This document shows, one piece after another, positions 27,118 to 37,058 of a DNA stretch of 64,000 nucleotides. This stretch comes from an uncultured Acidobacteriaceae bacterium (lineage in GTDB: Bacteria; Acidobacteriota; Terriglobia; Terriglobales; Acidobacteriaceae). The notes under the pieces are model-generated. The model was not told the origin of the DNA. It was given only the letters and a program-made list of their open reading frames with translations, and made no database searches. A program made the position numbers and the translations under genes. The stretch's first letter is position 1. Every line of letters starts with the position of its first letter. The stretch lies in contig CAINJJ010000034.1 in NCBI GenBank assembly GCA_903849645.1, positions 164,491 to 228,490 of the forward strand, written 5' to 3'.

Positions 27118-28307
27118 ACGATCCAGCCCCCGCCCACGACCTCGTCCCCGTCGTAGAAGACGGCAGACTGTCCCGGCGTCACCGCCCGCTGCGGCTCGTC
27201 GAAGGTGGCCACGACTTCTTCAGCCCCAGCTGGCTCCAGCACTGCCCAGGCCGGCTCGTGCCTGTGGCGGATCTTGACCCGCACCCGCATCGGCTCGCTC
27301 AGCCCGGCAATCGAGATCCAGTTCAGCCGCCCGGCGCGCAGCGTCCGCGTCGCCAACTCGGCGTCCGCGCCCACCGTCACCCGGTGGCTCGCCGGGTCGA
27401 TATTCAGCACATAAAGCGGCGTCGGCGAGCTCACCCCCAACCCCTTCCGCTGCCCCACGGTAAAGTTGGCAATTCCCTCGTGGCGGCCCATCACCGCGCC
27501 ATCCGAGCCCACAAGCTCCCCCGCCGTCTCGGGCAGCCGCTCCCCCTGCTCCTCCAGATAGGCCGTCAAAAACCGCTTGTAGTCCCCTCCGGGGATGAAG
27601 CAGATCTCCTGCGAATCCGGCTTCTCGGCCAGAGCCAGCCCATGCTGCCGCGCCACCTCCCGCACCTCCGGCTTGGTCAGCCGCCCCAGCGGAAACAGCG
27701 TATGCGCCAACTGCTCCTGCGTCAGCCCAAACAGAAAATACGTCTGATCCTTGGCCAGGTCCGCCGGGCGCTTCAGAATCCACCGCCCCCGCTCCGGGTC
27801 AAACTCGTTCACCGCGTAGTGGCCGGTGGCAATGCGACCCGCCCCAATCGACCGCGCGGTCTTTAGCAGCGCGTCAAACTTCAGGTGGTCATTGCAGAGC
27901 GAACAGGGAATCGGCGTCCGACCCGCCAGGTACTCGCTCACAAACGGCCGCACCACATCCCGCTCAAACCGCTCCTGCTGGTTTACCACGTAGTAGGGAA
28001 TCCCCAGGTGCTCGGCCACCCGCCGCGCGTCGTAGACATCGTCCAGCGAACAGCACCGCCCCGCCTTCGGAGCCTCCGGAATCCCATGCCTGCCCGCCAG
28101 CCGCGTCTGATCCCATAACTGCAGCGTCAGCCCGACGACCGTATGGAGCGAACCGGCGGAGCCGTCGCCCCCGCGGGCAAGCATCGCCGCCACCGTCGAG
28201 GAGTCCACCCCTCCGGACATGGCTACGGCAATGGTTTCGGGCCTGGTCATGAGTCCTTCTTCGAAAGCGGGGCTTGCGTTGTTTGCGTCGTTCGCGGAGT
28301 TAGACAA
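27114..28307 (-). CDS. mnmA: tRNA 2-thiouridine(34) synthase
   Basis: PP-loop IAVAMSGGVDSS. Motifs CCSLDDVYDARRVAEHLGIPYYV and GHYA. Confidence 0.92.
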   Translation of the reverse strand: MSNSANDANNASPAFEEGLMTRPETIAVAMSGGVDSSTVAAMLARGGDGSAGSLHTVVGLTLQLWDQTRLAGRHGIPEAPKAGRCCSLDDVYDARRVAEHLGIPYYVVNQQERFERDVVRPFVSEYLAGRTPIPCSLCNDHLKFDALLKTARSIGAGRIATGHYAVNEFDPERGRWILKRPADLAKDQTYFLFGLTQEQLAHTLFPLGRLTKPEVREVARQHGLALAEKPDSQEICFIPGGDYKRFLTAYLEEQGERLPETAGELVGSDGAVMGRHEGIANFTVGQRKGLGVSSPTPLYVLNIDPASHRVTVGADAELATRTLRAGRLNWISIAGLSEPMRVRVKIRHRHEPAWAVLEPAGAEEVVATFDEPQRAVTPGQSAVFYDGDEVVGGGWIV

Positions 28308-28386
28308 CCTACGTCCAATTCTGTGCTTTGAAAGGGCACGATCTTAGTCATGCCAATAACAACGAATGAATTGACCGGGCTTCATA

Positions 28387-28533
28387 GGCTGCGGAAGAAC
28401 TCATATCGGCCGAGCCTTGTAACAAGGGCACGGCTTCAGCCGGGCCGCAAATGCAACAAAAAAGCGACGGGCTTCAGCCCCTGAGGGACGCCTTACCGTC
28501 CTCCTGCTCAAAAAAGACCCTGCTTCCGCAGCC
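28387..28533. repeat. Intergenic element bounded by an 11-bp perfect inverted repeat, containing GC-TTCA-GC mini-hairpins (REP/MITE-like)
   Basis: GGCTGCGGAAG (28387-28397) and CTTCCGCAGCC (28523-28533) are exact reverse complements. The interior holds CGGCTTCAGCCG and GGGCTTCAGCCC. It lies in the 260-nt spacer between the cysteine desulfurase gene and mnmA. Confidence 0.5.
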
Positions 28534-28567
28534 ACTTTCGCCCCTGGCGGGGGCGCCTGCGCGCCTC

Positions 28568-29806
28568 TCACCCCGCCGTCCCCGCCGCCACGGGCGAAAT
28601 CGCCCGCAGATGCTCCACCGCCTCCGGCACCACCTGCAGCACATAGTCCACATCCGCTTCGGTCACCGTCTTCAGCAGGCTGAACCGCAAGCTCGCCCGC
28701 GCCCGCGCCTTGTCCACACCCATGGCCATCAGCACGTGGCTCGGCTCCGTCGCTCCCGAGTGGCACGCCGACCCGCCGCTGACCGCCACCCCCTTCAGGT
28801 CCAGCGCAATCACCAGAGCCTCGCCCTCCAGGTGGTCAAACCAGATGTTTGACGTATTGGCCGCGCGCGCCACCGGCCCTCCGCCGTTCACGCCCGTCCC
28901 CGGCAGCGCCAGCACTCCCGCCTCCAGCCGGTCCCGGAGAGCGGCCACCCGCTCCATCGTGCCGTCTTCGAGCGAGTGCATGGCCAGCTCCGCCGCCTTG
29001 CCCAGACCCACAATGCCCGGCACATTCTCGGTGCCCGCGCGGCGGCGGCGCTCGTGGCTTCCGCCCACCAGCAGCGACTCCACCGGCGTGCCTCGCCGCA
29101 CAAACATCGCGCCCACGCCCTTGGGCCCGTGCATCTTGTGGGCGCTGATGGAGAGCAGATGACAGCCGAACCGGCGCACGTCAAACGGCACCTTGCCCGC
29201 CCCCTGCACGGCGTCGATATGGAAGAACACGCCCGCGTCCGCCGCCATCCGGCCAATCGCCTCCACCGGCTGCAGCACGCCCGTCTCGTTGTTGGCCAGC
29301 ATCACGCTGATCAGCCGCGTCTCGGGCCGCATGGCCCGCTGAATATCCGCCGGGGCAATCAGCCCGCTCGGTTGCGGAGCCACAAATGTGGTCTCCACGC
29401 CCTGCTGCGCCATCCGGTTTGCCGCCTGAATCACCGCCGAGTGTTCAATCGACGTGGTGATGAAGTGGTCGCCCGGCCGCAGCAGCCCAAAGATCGCCGT
29501 GTTGTCCCCCTCGGTGCCGCCCGAGTTGAACACCACCTCCGCCTCGTGGCAGTTGAAAAACTCCGCCAGCGTGGCGCGCGCGCGGTCCACGCCGATATGC
29601 GCCTGCTGCCCATAGAGATGGATCGAGGAGGCGTTGCCAAAATGCTCCATCCAGTAGGGGCGCATCGCCTCCACCACCTCCGGCAGCAGCGGCGTCGTGG
29701 CATTTGCGTCCATGTAGACTCTCGGCATTGGTTTCCCCCCGTCACTAAATTGTACGGGCAATCCAGCTTCCCCGTGCGATGGCGTGTTCCTCGGCGCAGG
29801 ATTCAC
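28568..29806 (-). CDS. Cysteine desulfurase (NifS/IscS class, PLP-dependent)
   Basis: Motifs YMDANATTP, SAHKMHGPKGVGAMF (PLP lysine) and SGGSACHSG (catalytic Cys loop). Lies upstream of mnmA. Confidence 0.9.
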   Translation of the reverse strand: MNPAPRNTPSHGEAGLPVQFSDGGKPMPRVYMDANATTPLLPEVVEAMRPYWMEHFGNASSIHLYGQQAHIGVDRARATLAEFFNCHEAEVVFNSGGTEGDNTAIFGLLRPGDHFITTSIEHSAVIQAANRMAQQGVETTFVAPQPSGLIAPADIQRAMRPETRLISVMLANNETGVLQPVEAIGRMAADAGVFFHIDAVQGAGKVPFDVRRFGCHLLSISAHKMHGPKGVGAMFVRRGTPVESLLVGGSHERRRRAGTENVPGIVGLGKAAELAMHSLEDGTMERVAALRDRLEAGVLALPGTGVNGGGPVARAANTSNIWFDHLEGEALVIALDLKGVAVSGGSACHSGATEPSHVLMAMGVDKARARASLRFSLLKTVTEADVDYVLQVVPEAVEHLRAISPVAAGTAG

Positions 29807-29881
29807 CGCCCTGTGCTGTCGGCTGCCCCTGCTGTTCTGTTAAATTGCCTTCACGCGGCTTTTGCCGCCGGAGGTTCATCC

Positions 29882-32376
<2,495 letters not shown>

Positions 32377-32400
32377 GTTCCTCGGAACGCGCACAACACG

Positions 32401-32901
32401 ATGCCCGATGAATCGATTGACCTGATAAGTCGAAACCCTGACGAAGACATGCCTGCGGACGATGAGAGCAAGCCTGAATCGAGCCTATATCGCTGGGCTC
32501 ACTTCCCAGCCATGCTGGCTTTCGGCCTGCTGTTCGTCCTGTTCCGCGGCCAGCCATGGAGATGGCACGTCGCAATCGGCGGCTCCTATACCGTCTATGT
32601 CTTCTTCTTCGCGTTTGGATCGGTCTTCAAGGGCCTGGACGATTTCTTCGGCGATTCGAGGGTTCCCAGGTACCTTGCAAAGCTCTTGATCCCGCATACC
32701 GTGATCCTGGTATTGGTCACCGCGGGAGTCACATTGTGGTTCCGCCTGCTGCCACTTCTGCCCTCCTGGGTAACTCAGGAGGGTCGCAAAGGGTCGTTGT
32801 GGGACATTTGCGGATGGCTCGTGTTGGCCATCGCAGGCATCATGCAGGGCTTTTGGATGGCCGGAAAGACCAAGCGCCGATTCAGTGAACCTGAGGAATA
32901 A
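32401..32901 (+). CDS. Hypothetical 4-TM membrane protein with acidic N-terminus
   Basis: 166-aa ORF that starts 24 nt after pyrG. It has an acidic N-terminal tail and four hydrophobic segments. No family recognised. Confidence 0.55.
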   Translation: MPDESIDLISRNPDEDMPADDESKPESSLYRWAHFPAMLAFGLLFVLFRGQPWRWHVAIGGSYTVYVFFFAFGSVFKGLDDFFGDSRVPRYLAKLLIPHTVILVLVTAGVTLWFRLLPLLPSWVTQEGRKGSLWDICGWLVLAIAGIMQGFWMAGKTKRRFSEPEE

Positions 32902-32916
32902 ACGCGTCGAGCGAAC

Positions 32917-33348
32917 TCACCCGAGCAGAACCGCTCCCTTCACCTTCCCCGCCAGCGCCCGGTCAAAGGTCACAAGGGTCAAGCTTGCGGTTTCCGCGAA
33001 GGCAGCAAGATAGGCATCGGTCCATACCTTGGGTGATGGCGAATCGGCAGCCATGCGTTGGCGCATAGCAGAGTCAAGGCCAGCCGGCTCCGCAGCCAGC
33101 ACAGCTTTGCCTCCCTCGATCCAGCGGTCATAAAGCACCCAGCATCGACGCTGCGTCATAACCTCCAGCCCGAGAACGGCTTCGGTGGTGATCAACCGGA
33201 AGAACCCCATCTGAGTTTGCCGACAGAACACAAGGATAGTTGCCTCGTCCTGGGAGGCAAACCATCGCATTGCGGCTGGGTGATGAACATGGATCTGGAA
33301 GTTGAGCGCAAGCCAGACATTCACATCAGGAAAAATCAATGAGGTCAT
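32917..33348 (-). CDS. vapC: PIN-domain toxin, VapC family
   Basis: N-terminal (M)TSLIFPDVNVWLAL, with the first acidic residue of the PIN fold. C-terminal TDAYLAAFAETASLTLVTFD. The start is ambiguous (33360, 33348 or a nearby TTG). It overlaps the antitoxin 3' end. Confidence 0.8.
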   Translation of the reverse strand: MTSLIFPDVNVWLALNFQIHVHHPAAMRWFASQDEATILVFCRQTQMGFFRLITTEAVLGLEVMTQRRCWVLYDRWIEGGKAVLAAEPAGLDSAMRQRMAADSPSPKVWTDAYLAAFAETASLTLVTFDRALAGKVKGAVLLG

Positions 33349-33553
33349 AGATGGTCTCATTGTCGATCACAAGCGAGCCGGGTCGGGACGAAGGAACCAC
33401 AGGGACTTGGAAGCGCTGTGCGGGCTTCTGATTGGCTCTCTTCACCATCTCAAGCCCTTCCAGCACCAATTCCCGAAAGGTGTCTCCCCGTTCGGCTGCC
33501 AGAACTTTGATGGTCCGATAGGTCTCATTCGGAATGTCGATTGTTGTCCGCAT
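33326..33553 (-). CDS. vapB: VapB-type antitoxin (MRTTIDI... class)
   Basis: MRTTIDIPNETYRTIKVLAAERG is the typical N-terminus of antitoxins paired with this VapC subclass. It lies directly upstream of, and overlapping, the PIN gene. Confidence 0.7.
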   Translation of the reverse strand: MRTTIDIPNETYRTIKVLAAERGDTFRELVLEGLEMVKRANQKPAQRFQVPVVPSSRPGSLVIDNETIYDLIDFS

Positions 33554-33629
33554 GGGAGGAGCTTAGCACAAATATGCTTTTATGTAGCATATTTGTGGGG
33601 CAGATGCATTTACATCGATCATGACCGGG

Positions 33630-34067
33630 TTACGGCGTTACAATCCGCTCCGCCAAATCCGGCGCCACCAGTCGGAACTGCTTCTCGTTCCATGTGTAGA
33701 TGCGCTCCGCGTTGACCTTGCGGACGCAGGCCAGCAGCACGGCGTCAAAGACGATGCCGCCGGCCAGTCCCATGCGCGCGGTCTCGCGAACCACAGCCGC
33801 ATACTCGCCAGGGTCCAGAGCGACAACCTTCATTCTTGCGGCGATCTGCTCGACTAGTTGACCTGCAAACTGAGGGCGCACTCTTTTGCCGCCGGGCAGG
33901 CGCGAAAGAACTGCGTACACCTCGGTCAGCGTGTGCGCGCCGCAGGCCGTGGTGGCCGGTGTGGCGGCGGCCAGCAGGGAGCGGCTGGGTGAGTGGCGCG
34001 GGTCGGCGGCGTCACTTGCCGCAATGAGCACCGACGTATCCAGAAAGACCGCGATGGGCTCGTTCAT
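33630..34067 (-). CDS. vapC: PIN-domain toxin, VapC family
   Basis: Motifs VFLDTSVLIAASD and IVFDAVLLACVRKVNAERIYTWNEKQF. 4-nt overlap with the upstream antitoxin gene. Confidence 0.85.
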   Translation of the reverse strand: MNEPIAVFLDTSVLIAASDAADPRHSPSRSLLAAATPATTACGAHTLTEVYAVLSRLPGGKRVRPQFAGQLVEQIAARMKVVALDPGEYAAVVRETARMGLAGGIVFDAVLLACVRKVNAERIYTWNEKQFRLVAPDLAERIVTP

Positions 34068-34345
34068 GGCTCGTCAGAGAGGCCGGCAACATAGCGCATG
34101 CGCCGCTCACGCTGTTCTTCAACGATTGCGTTCACATCCTCAACCGCGCGCCACGGGCCGCCGGTGATTGCCCATAACCCGTCAATCATCTCCATCCGGG
34201 GCTCGGGAAGATCCTGTTCCAGCGTGAGGGTGTCGCCCAGGCGCTCGATCTTCAGCCTGGTCCCGGGCGCAAGGTGCAGCGCGTCCCGCATCCTCTTCGG
34301 CACCACGATCCGCCCCGCCTTGTCGATCTCAATAATGGTAGACAT
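34064..34345 (-). CDS. AbrB/MazE/SpoVT-type antitoxin
   Basis: MSTIIEIDKAGRIVVPKRMRDALHL is a looped-hinge-helix (SpoVT/AbrB) motif. It is translationally coupled to the PIN gene. Confidence 0.85.
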   Translation of the reverse strand: MSTIIEIDKAGRIVVPKRMRDALHLAPGTRLKIERLGDTLTLEQDLPEPRMEMIDGLWAITGGPWRAVEDVNAIVEEQRERRMRYVAGLSDEP

Positions 34346-34420
34346 GATGCCATTCTACCATCCAAAATGCTATTTCCAGCAGGCCCGCCTCCCGCCACCC
34401 CAGCCCTGTGCAATCCGCTG

Positions 34421-34450
34421 TTGACAATTCAATTTCGCCGGGCCTATGGT
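34421..34450 (+). promoter_or_regulatory. Sigma70-like promoter for the 34484 gene
   Basis: TTGACA (34421-34426), an 18-nt spacer, then TATGGT (34445-34450). GGAGGA at 34470-34475 lies 8 nt before ATG 34484. Confidence 0.55.
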
Positions 34451-34483
34451 GACTTCGTTTTTTGAGCACGGAGGATTCACACC

Positions 34484-35038
34484 ATGGCGCACTTCGCACT
34501 TCAGCCCACTGAATCTGAACTTCAGCACTTGGCAGACGAATACTGGCAGGAAGCCGGCAACCGGGAACAGGAACTGGAACAGGCGGCCTTCGAGGCCGGG
34601 GCGGCCATCCGCGGCGGCGACTACTCGCTGCCCAACCTGGAGGCCATCGTCCGCTGGAAATCCGAGCGTGTGGTCCACTATCTCATCGGCAACAGCCAGG
34701 CCAAGATCCGCCAGGTTCTGGCCATCGCCGCCTCGCCGGATACACCCGTCAAGCAGGCCGTGGAGGCTCTCATCTCCCTGCGCGGCATCGACGTGCCCAT
34801 CGCCACCGCCATCCTCTCGGCAATCTCCCCGGAGCGCTACAACGTGCTGGATTTCCGCGCCCTTGAGGCCCTCGGCAATCCCCGCCACAACATCGAGTTT
34901 TACGCCGAATACGTCGAGTTCTGCCGCCGCATCGCCGAGCGCGGCATCGTGAAGCCGCAGGACGGGCTGCCCGGCCCCACGGCCCTGCACGCCCTCGACC
35001 GCGCACTCTGGGAGTGGTCGCGGAAGCACACCGGATAG
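34484..35038 (+). CDS. Hypothetical protein with HhH-like motif, possibly OGG-fold (8-oxoguanine-glycosylase-fold) family
   Basis: 184-aa ORF with its own promoter and Shine-Dalgarno sequence. The segments EAIVRWKSERV and LRGIDVPIATAILSAISPERYNVLDFRALEAL resemble the helix-hairpin-helix part of small OGG-fold proteins. That family call comes from memory and was not searched. Confidence 0.6.
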   Translation: MAHFALQPTESELQHLADEYWQEAGNREQELEQAAFEAGAAIRGGDYSLPNLEAIVRWKSERVVHYLIGNSQAKIRQVLAIAASPDTPVKQAVEALISLRGIDVPIATAILSAISPERYNVLDFRALEALGNPRHNIEFYAEYVEFCRRIAERGIVKPQDGLPGPTALHALDRALWEWSRKHTG

Positions 35039-35082
35039 GCGCCGCGCGCCCGCGATCCAGCCCGCAGGGTAAAATCGCCTTC

Positions 35083-35895
35083 GTGAGCAACTCCTTTGAA
35101 ATAGGCCCAGTCCACGTCGGCGGGGGCCGGCTTTTCCTCATCGCCGGCCCCTGCGTCATCGAGTCCGAGGCTCACGTGCGCCGCATGGCCGAGGCCATTC
35201 AGCGCATTACCTCGGACCTCGGCGTCCCCTACATCTTCAAAGCCAGCTACGACAAGGCCAACCGCACCAGCGTCAAGAGCTTTCGCGGCCCCGGCCTCAT
35301 CGAGGGCGCCCGCATCCTGGGCCGCCTCGCCAAAGACACCGGCCTGCCCGTGCTGACCGACGTGCATGAGCCCGCCCACTGCGAGATCGCCGCCGAAGCC
35401 GTCGATGTGCTGCAGATTCCCGCCTTTCTTTGCCGCCAGACGGACCTGCTGGTGGCCGCGGGCAAGACCGGCCGCGCCGTCAACATCAAAAAGGGCCAGT
35501 TTGTGGCCCCCTGGGACATGAGCCACCCCGTCGAAAAGGTCCGCTCCACCGGCAATGAGCGCGTCTCGCTCACCGAGCGCGGCTCCAGCTTTGGCTACAA
35601 CACGCTGGTGGTGGACTATCGCGGGCTGCCGGTGATGCGGCGGATGGCGCCGGTGGTCTTTGACGGCACCCACTCCGTGCAGCAGCCCTCGGCGGCCGGC
35701 GGCGTCAGCGGCGGGCAGCCGGAGTTCATCCCACTGCTGGCGCGGGCGGCGGTGGCCGCAGGCATTGACGGACTCTTCCTTGAAGTCCACGACGACCCGG
35801 CCAACGCCAAATCAGACGGCGCGAATGCGCTGGACCTGAAGCTGCTCAAGCCGCTGCTGGAAAAGCTCCTCGCCATCTACGCCGCAGCGAGTTAG
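35083..35895 (+). CDS. kdsA: 3-deoxy-8-phosphooctulonate (KDO-8-P) synthase
   Basis: Motifs LFLIAGPCVIES, IFKASYDKANRTS, LQIPAFLCRQTDL and DGTHSVQ. I use GTG 35083, giving 270 aa with no overlap with the previous gene. The track start 35014 overlaps it. Confidence 0.9.
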   Translation: MSNSFEIGPVHVGGGRLFLIAGPCVIESEAHVRRMAEAIQRITSDLGVPYIFKASYDKANRTSVKSFRGPGLIEGARILGRLAKDTGLPVLTDVHEPAHCEIAAEAVDVLQIPAFLCRQTDLLVAAGKTGRAVNIKKGQFVAPWDMSHPVEKVRSTGNERVSLTERGSSFGYNTLVVDYRGLPVMRRMAPVVFDGTHSVQQPSAAGGVSGGQPEFIPLLARAAVAAGIDGLFLEVHDDPANAKSDGANALDLKLLKPLLEKLLAIYAAAS

Positions 35896-35944
35896 AATCC
35901 AATTCAACATCAGCCAAACATTCGGTTGCCTTGGAGAGCTATGC

Positions 35945-36040
35945 ATGGATAATCAAGTCATTTCATCTATAATCGCCGTCGTTGGCACCCTGGCTGGATC
36001 AGTATTTGGAATAGTCTCTGCTCGGGAAGCCAAAAGTTAG
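35945..36040 (+). CDS. Possible 31-aa hydrophobic peptide (MDNQVISSIIAVVGTLAGSVFGIVSAREAKS)
   Basis: ATG 35945 has GGAGAG 6 nt upstream. One TM-like helix. It is below the ORF-track length cut-off. It lies in a low-GC islet and could be the 5' part of a frameshifted gene that continues in 36046..36243. Confidence 0.25.
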   Translation: MDNQVISSIIAVVGTLAGSVFGIVSAREAKS

Positions 36041-36045
36041 TTCGG

Positions 36046-36243
36046 ATGGAAAGAAAGGTAGAGCGCTACAAAAACGACATACGCGCGCGACAGGCTGAAG
36101 AGCAGATTGCTGCAAAATGGCTTTGCGAACTTGGCATTGCTGCGACAGAGGCTACCGCGAAAATAAAGCTCCGAGAGAGGACTGAACAAGAAACTGGGTT
36201 ACGTCCTGAGATAGCTCCGAGTAGCGTACGCATCAATCCGTAA
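36046..36243 (+). CDS. Hypothetical 65-aa charged helical protein
   Basis: MERKVERYKNDIRARQAEEQ... looks like a coiled coil. It lies in the low-GC islet and is in a different frame from the preceding small ORF. Confidence 0.3.
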   Translation: MERKVERYKNDIRARQAEEQIAAKWLCELGIAATEATAKIKLRERTEQETGLRPEIAPSSVRINP

Positions 36244-36268
36244 TGGCTACATATCTTGAAACTGTTAT

Positions 36269-36688
36269 CTATACCACCCGAATCTCCAGCGTCTTTCCAA
36301 GTGCCTTGAGCGCAAGAGCGATGCCGTCGATCTTTGAGGTGTGGTGAACATCAATCAGCCGAGTTATTTCCTGCGGCGTTACCTTCAAGCGCCGGGCCAA
36401 CTCCGCCGGACGAACCTTTTGCGCAACCATCTCATTGACCAACAACACCTTCGCCGAGAGGCTGGCGGGCAGCTCAATCAGGTGCTGGCCGCGCTTCGGC
36501 TTGGATGGCGCGGGAATCGGACGCCCCGATTCCAAATAGAAGTCCAGAGCTGATTCGAGAGCGTCCGCGGCGTGCAGCTTTGCGTCGTCTACATCCTCGC
36601 CCTGGGTGATTGCCTCGGGAATGTTGGGGAAGGTGACGACAAACCCACCCTCTTCCGCCGCTTCGAAATTTGCCGGATAACTCAGCAT
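36269..36688 (-). CDS. hicB: HicB-family antitoxin with C-terminal HTH
   Basis: MLSYPANFEAAEEGGFVVTFPNIPEAITQGEDVDDA is the HicB fold. The C-terminal HTH is VRPAELARRLKVTPQEITRLI. ATG 36688 has AGGAGA upstream. The upstream part of the track ORF (to 36916) is the hicA gene read in the wrong frame. Confidence 0.85.
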   Translation of the reverse strand: MLSYPANFEAAEEGGFVVTFPNIPEAITQGEDVDDAKLHAADALESALDFYLESGRPIPAPSKPKRGQHLIELPASLSAKVLLVNEMVAQKVRPAELARRLKVTPQEITRLIDVHHTSKIDGIALALKALGKTLEIRVV

Positions 36689-36696
36689 GTTCTCTC

Positions 36697-36873
36697 CTAT
36701 TTCAGCCCGAGTTGTTTCTTGATGCCCTCGACGGTGCCCTTCTTGAGGTCCTTGCTGTGCATAGGCAGAAACGAGATCTTCCCGTTCAACTCGACCCGAA
36801 CGTGCGAGCCTTTGCCGGGCGTGAATGTGGCGCCCTGCGCTGCCAGCCACCGTTTGAACTCGCTGCTCTTCAC
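36697..36873 (-). CDS. hicA: HicA-family mRNA-interferase toxin (58 aa, GTG start)
   Basis: Hand translation gives VKSSEFKRWLAAQGATFTPGKGSHVRVELNGKISFLPMHSKDLKKGTVEGIKKQLGLK*. This matches the HicA consensus (SGxEhhKhL...GSH..h....G.....PhH..DL..GTh..Ilkq). GGAG lies 8 nt upstream. It is absent from the ORF track because it is shorter than 60 aa. Confidence 0.8.
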   Translation of the reverse strand: MKSSEFKRWLAAQGATFTPGKGSHVRVELNGKISFLPMHSKDLKKGTVEGIKKQLGLK

Positions 36874-36973
36874 GAGCGACTCCGGTCGAGGTATGCTTTT
36901 CCAGTCCTCGCCTCATAAAACAAAGACGCGGCGAGAGTGGAGCGCAGGGAAATCTGCGGTCCCCTTCACCTAA

Positions 36974-37002
36974 ACTATAAACATTTTTGCTTACAGTGTC
37001 GA
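36974..37002 (-). promoter_or_regulatory. Sigma70-like promoter candidate for hicAB
   Basis: On the minus strand: TCGACA (37002-36997), a 17-nt spacer, then TATAGT (36979-36974). It lies about 100 nt upstream of the hicA GTG. Confidence 0.45.
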
Positions 37003-37058
37003 GAACTTCGCCTGAATTGGAGAAAGGTCTCCCGCCCGCTCCCTGTTAGCATTTCTCC

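Noticed and set aside
28976-29881. N-terminal 302 codons of the 495-aa track ORF 28976..30463
   Set aside because: This part is antisense to the cysteine desulfurase gene and is R/H-rich. A GGAGG plus ATG at 29882 followed by a signal peptide defines the real DinB-family gene.
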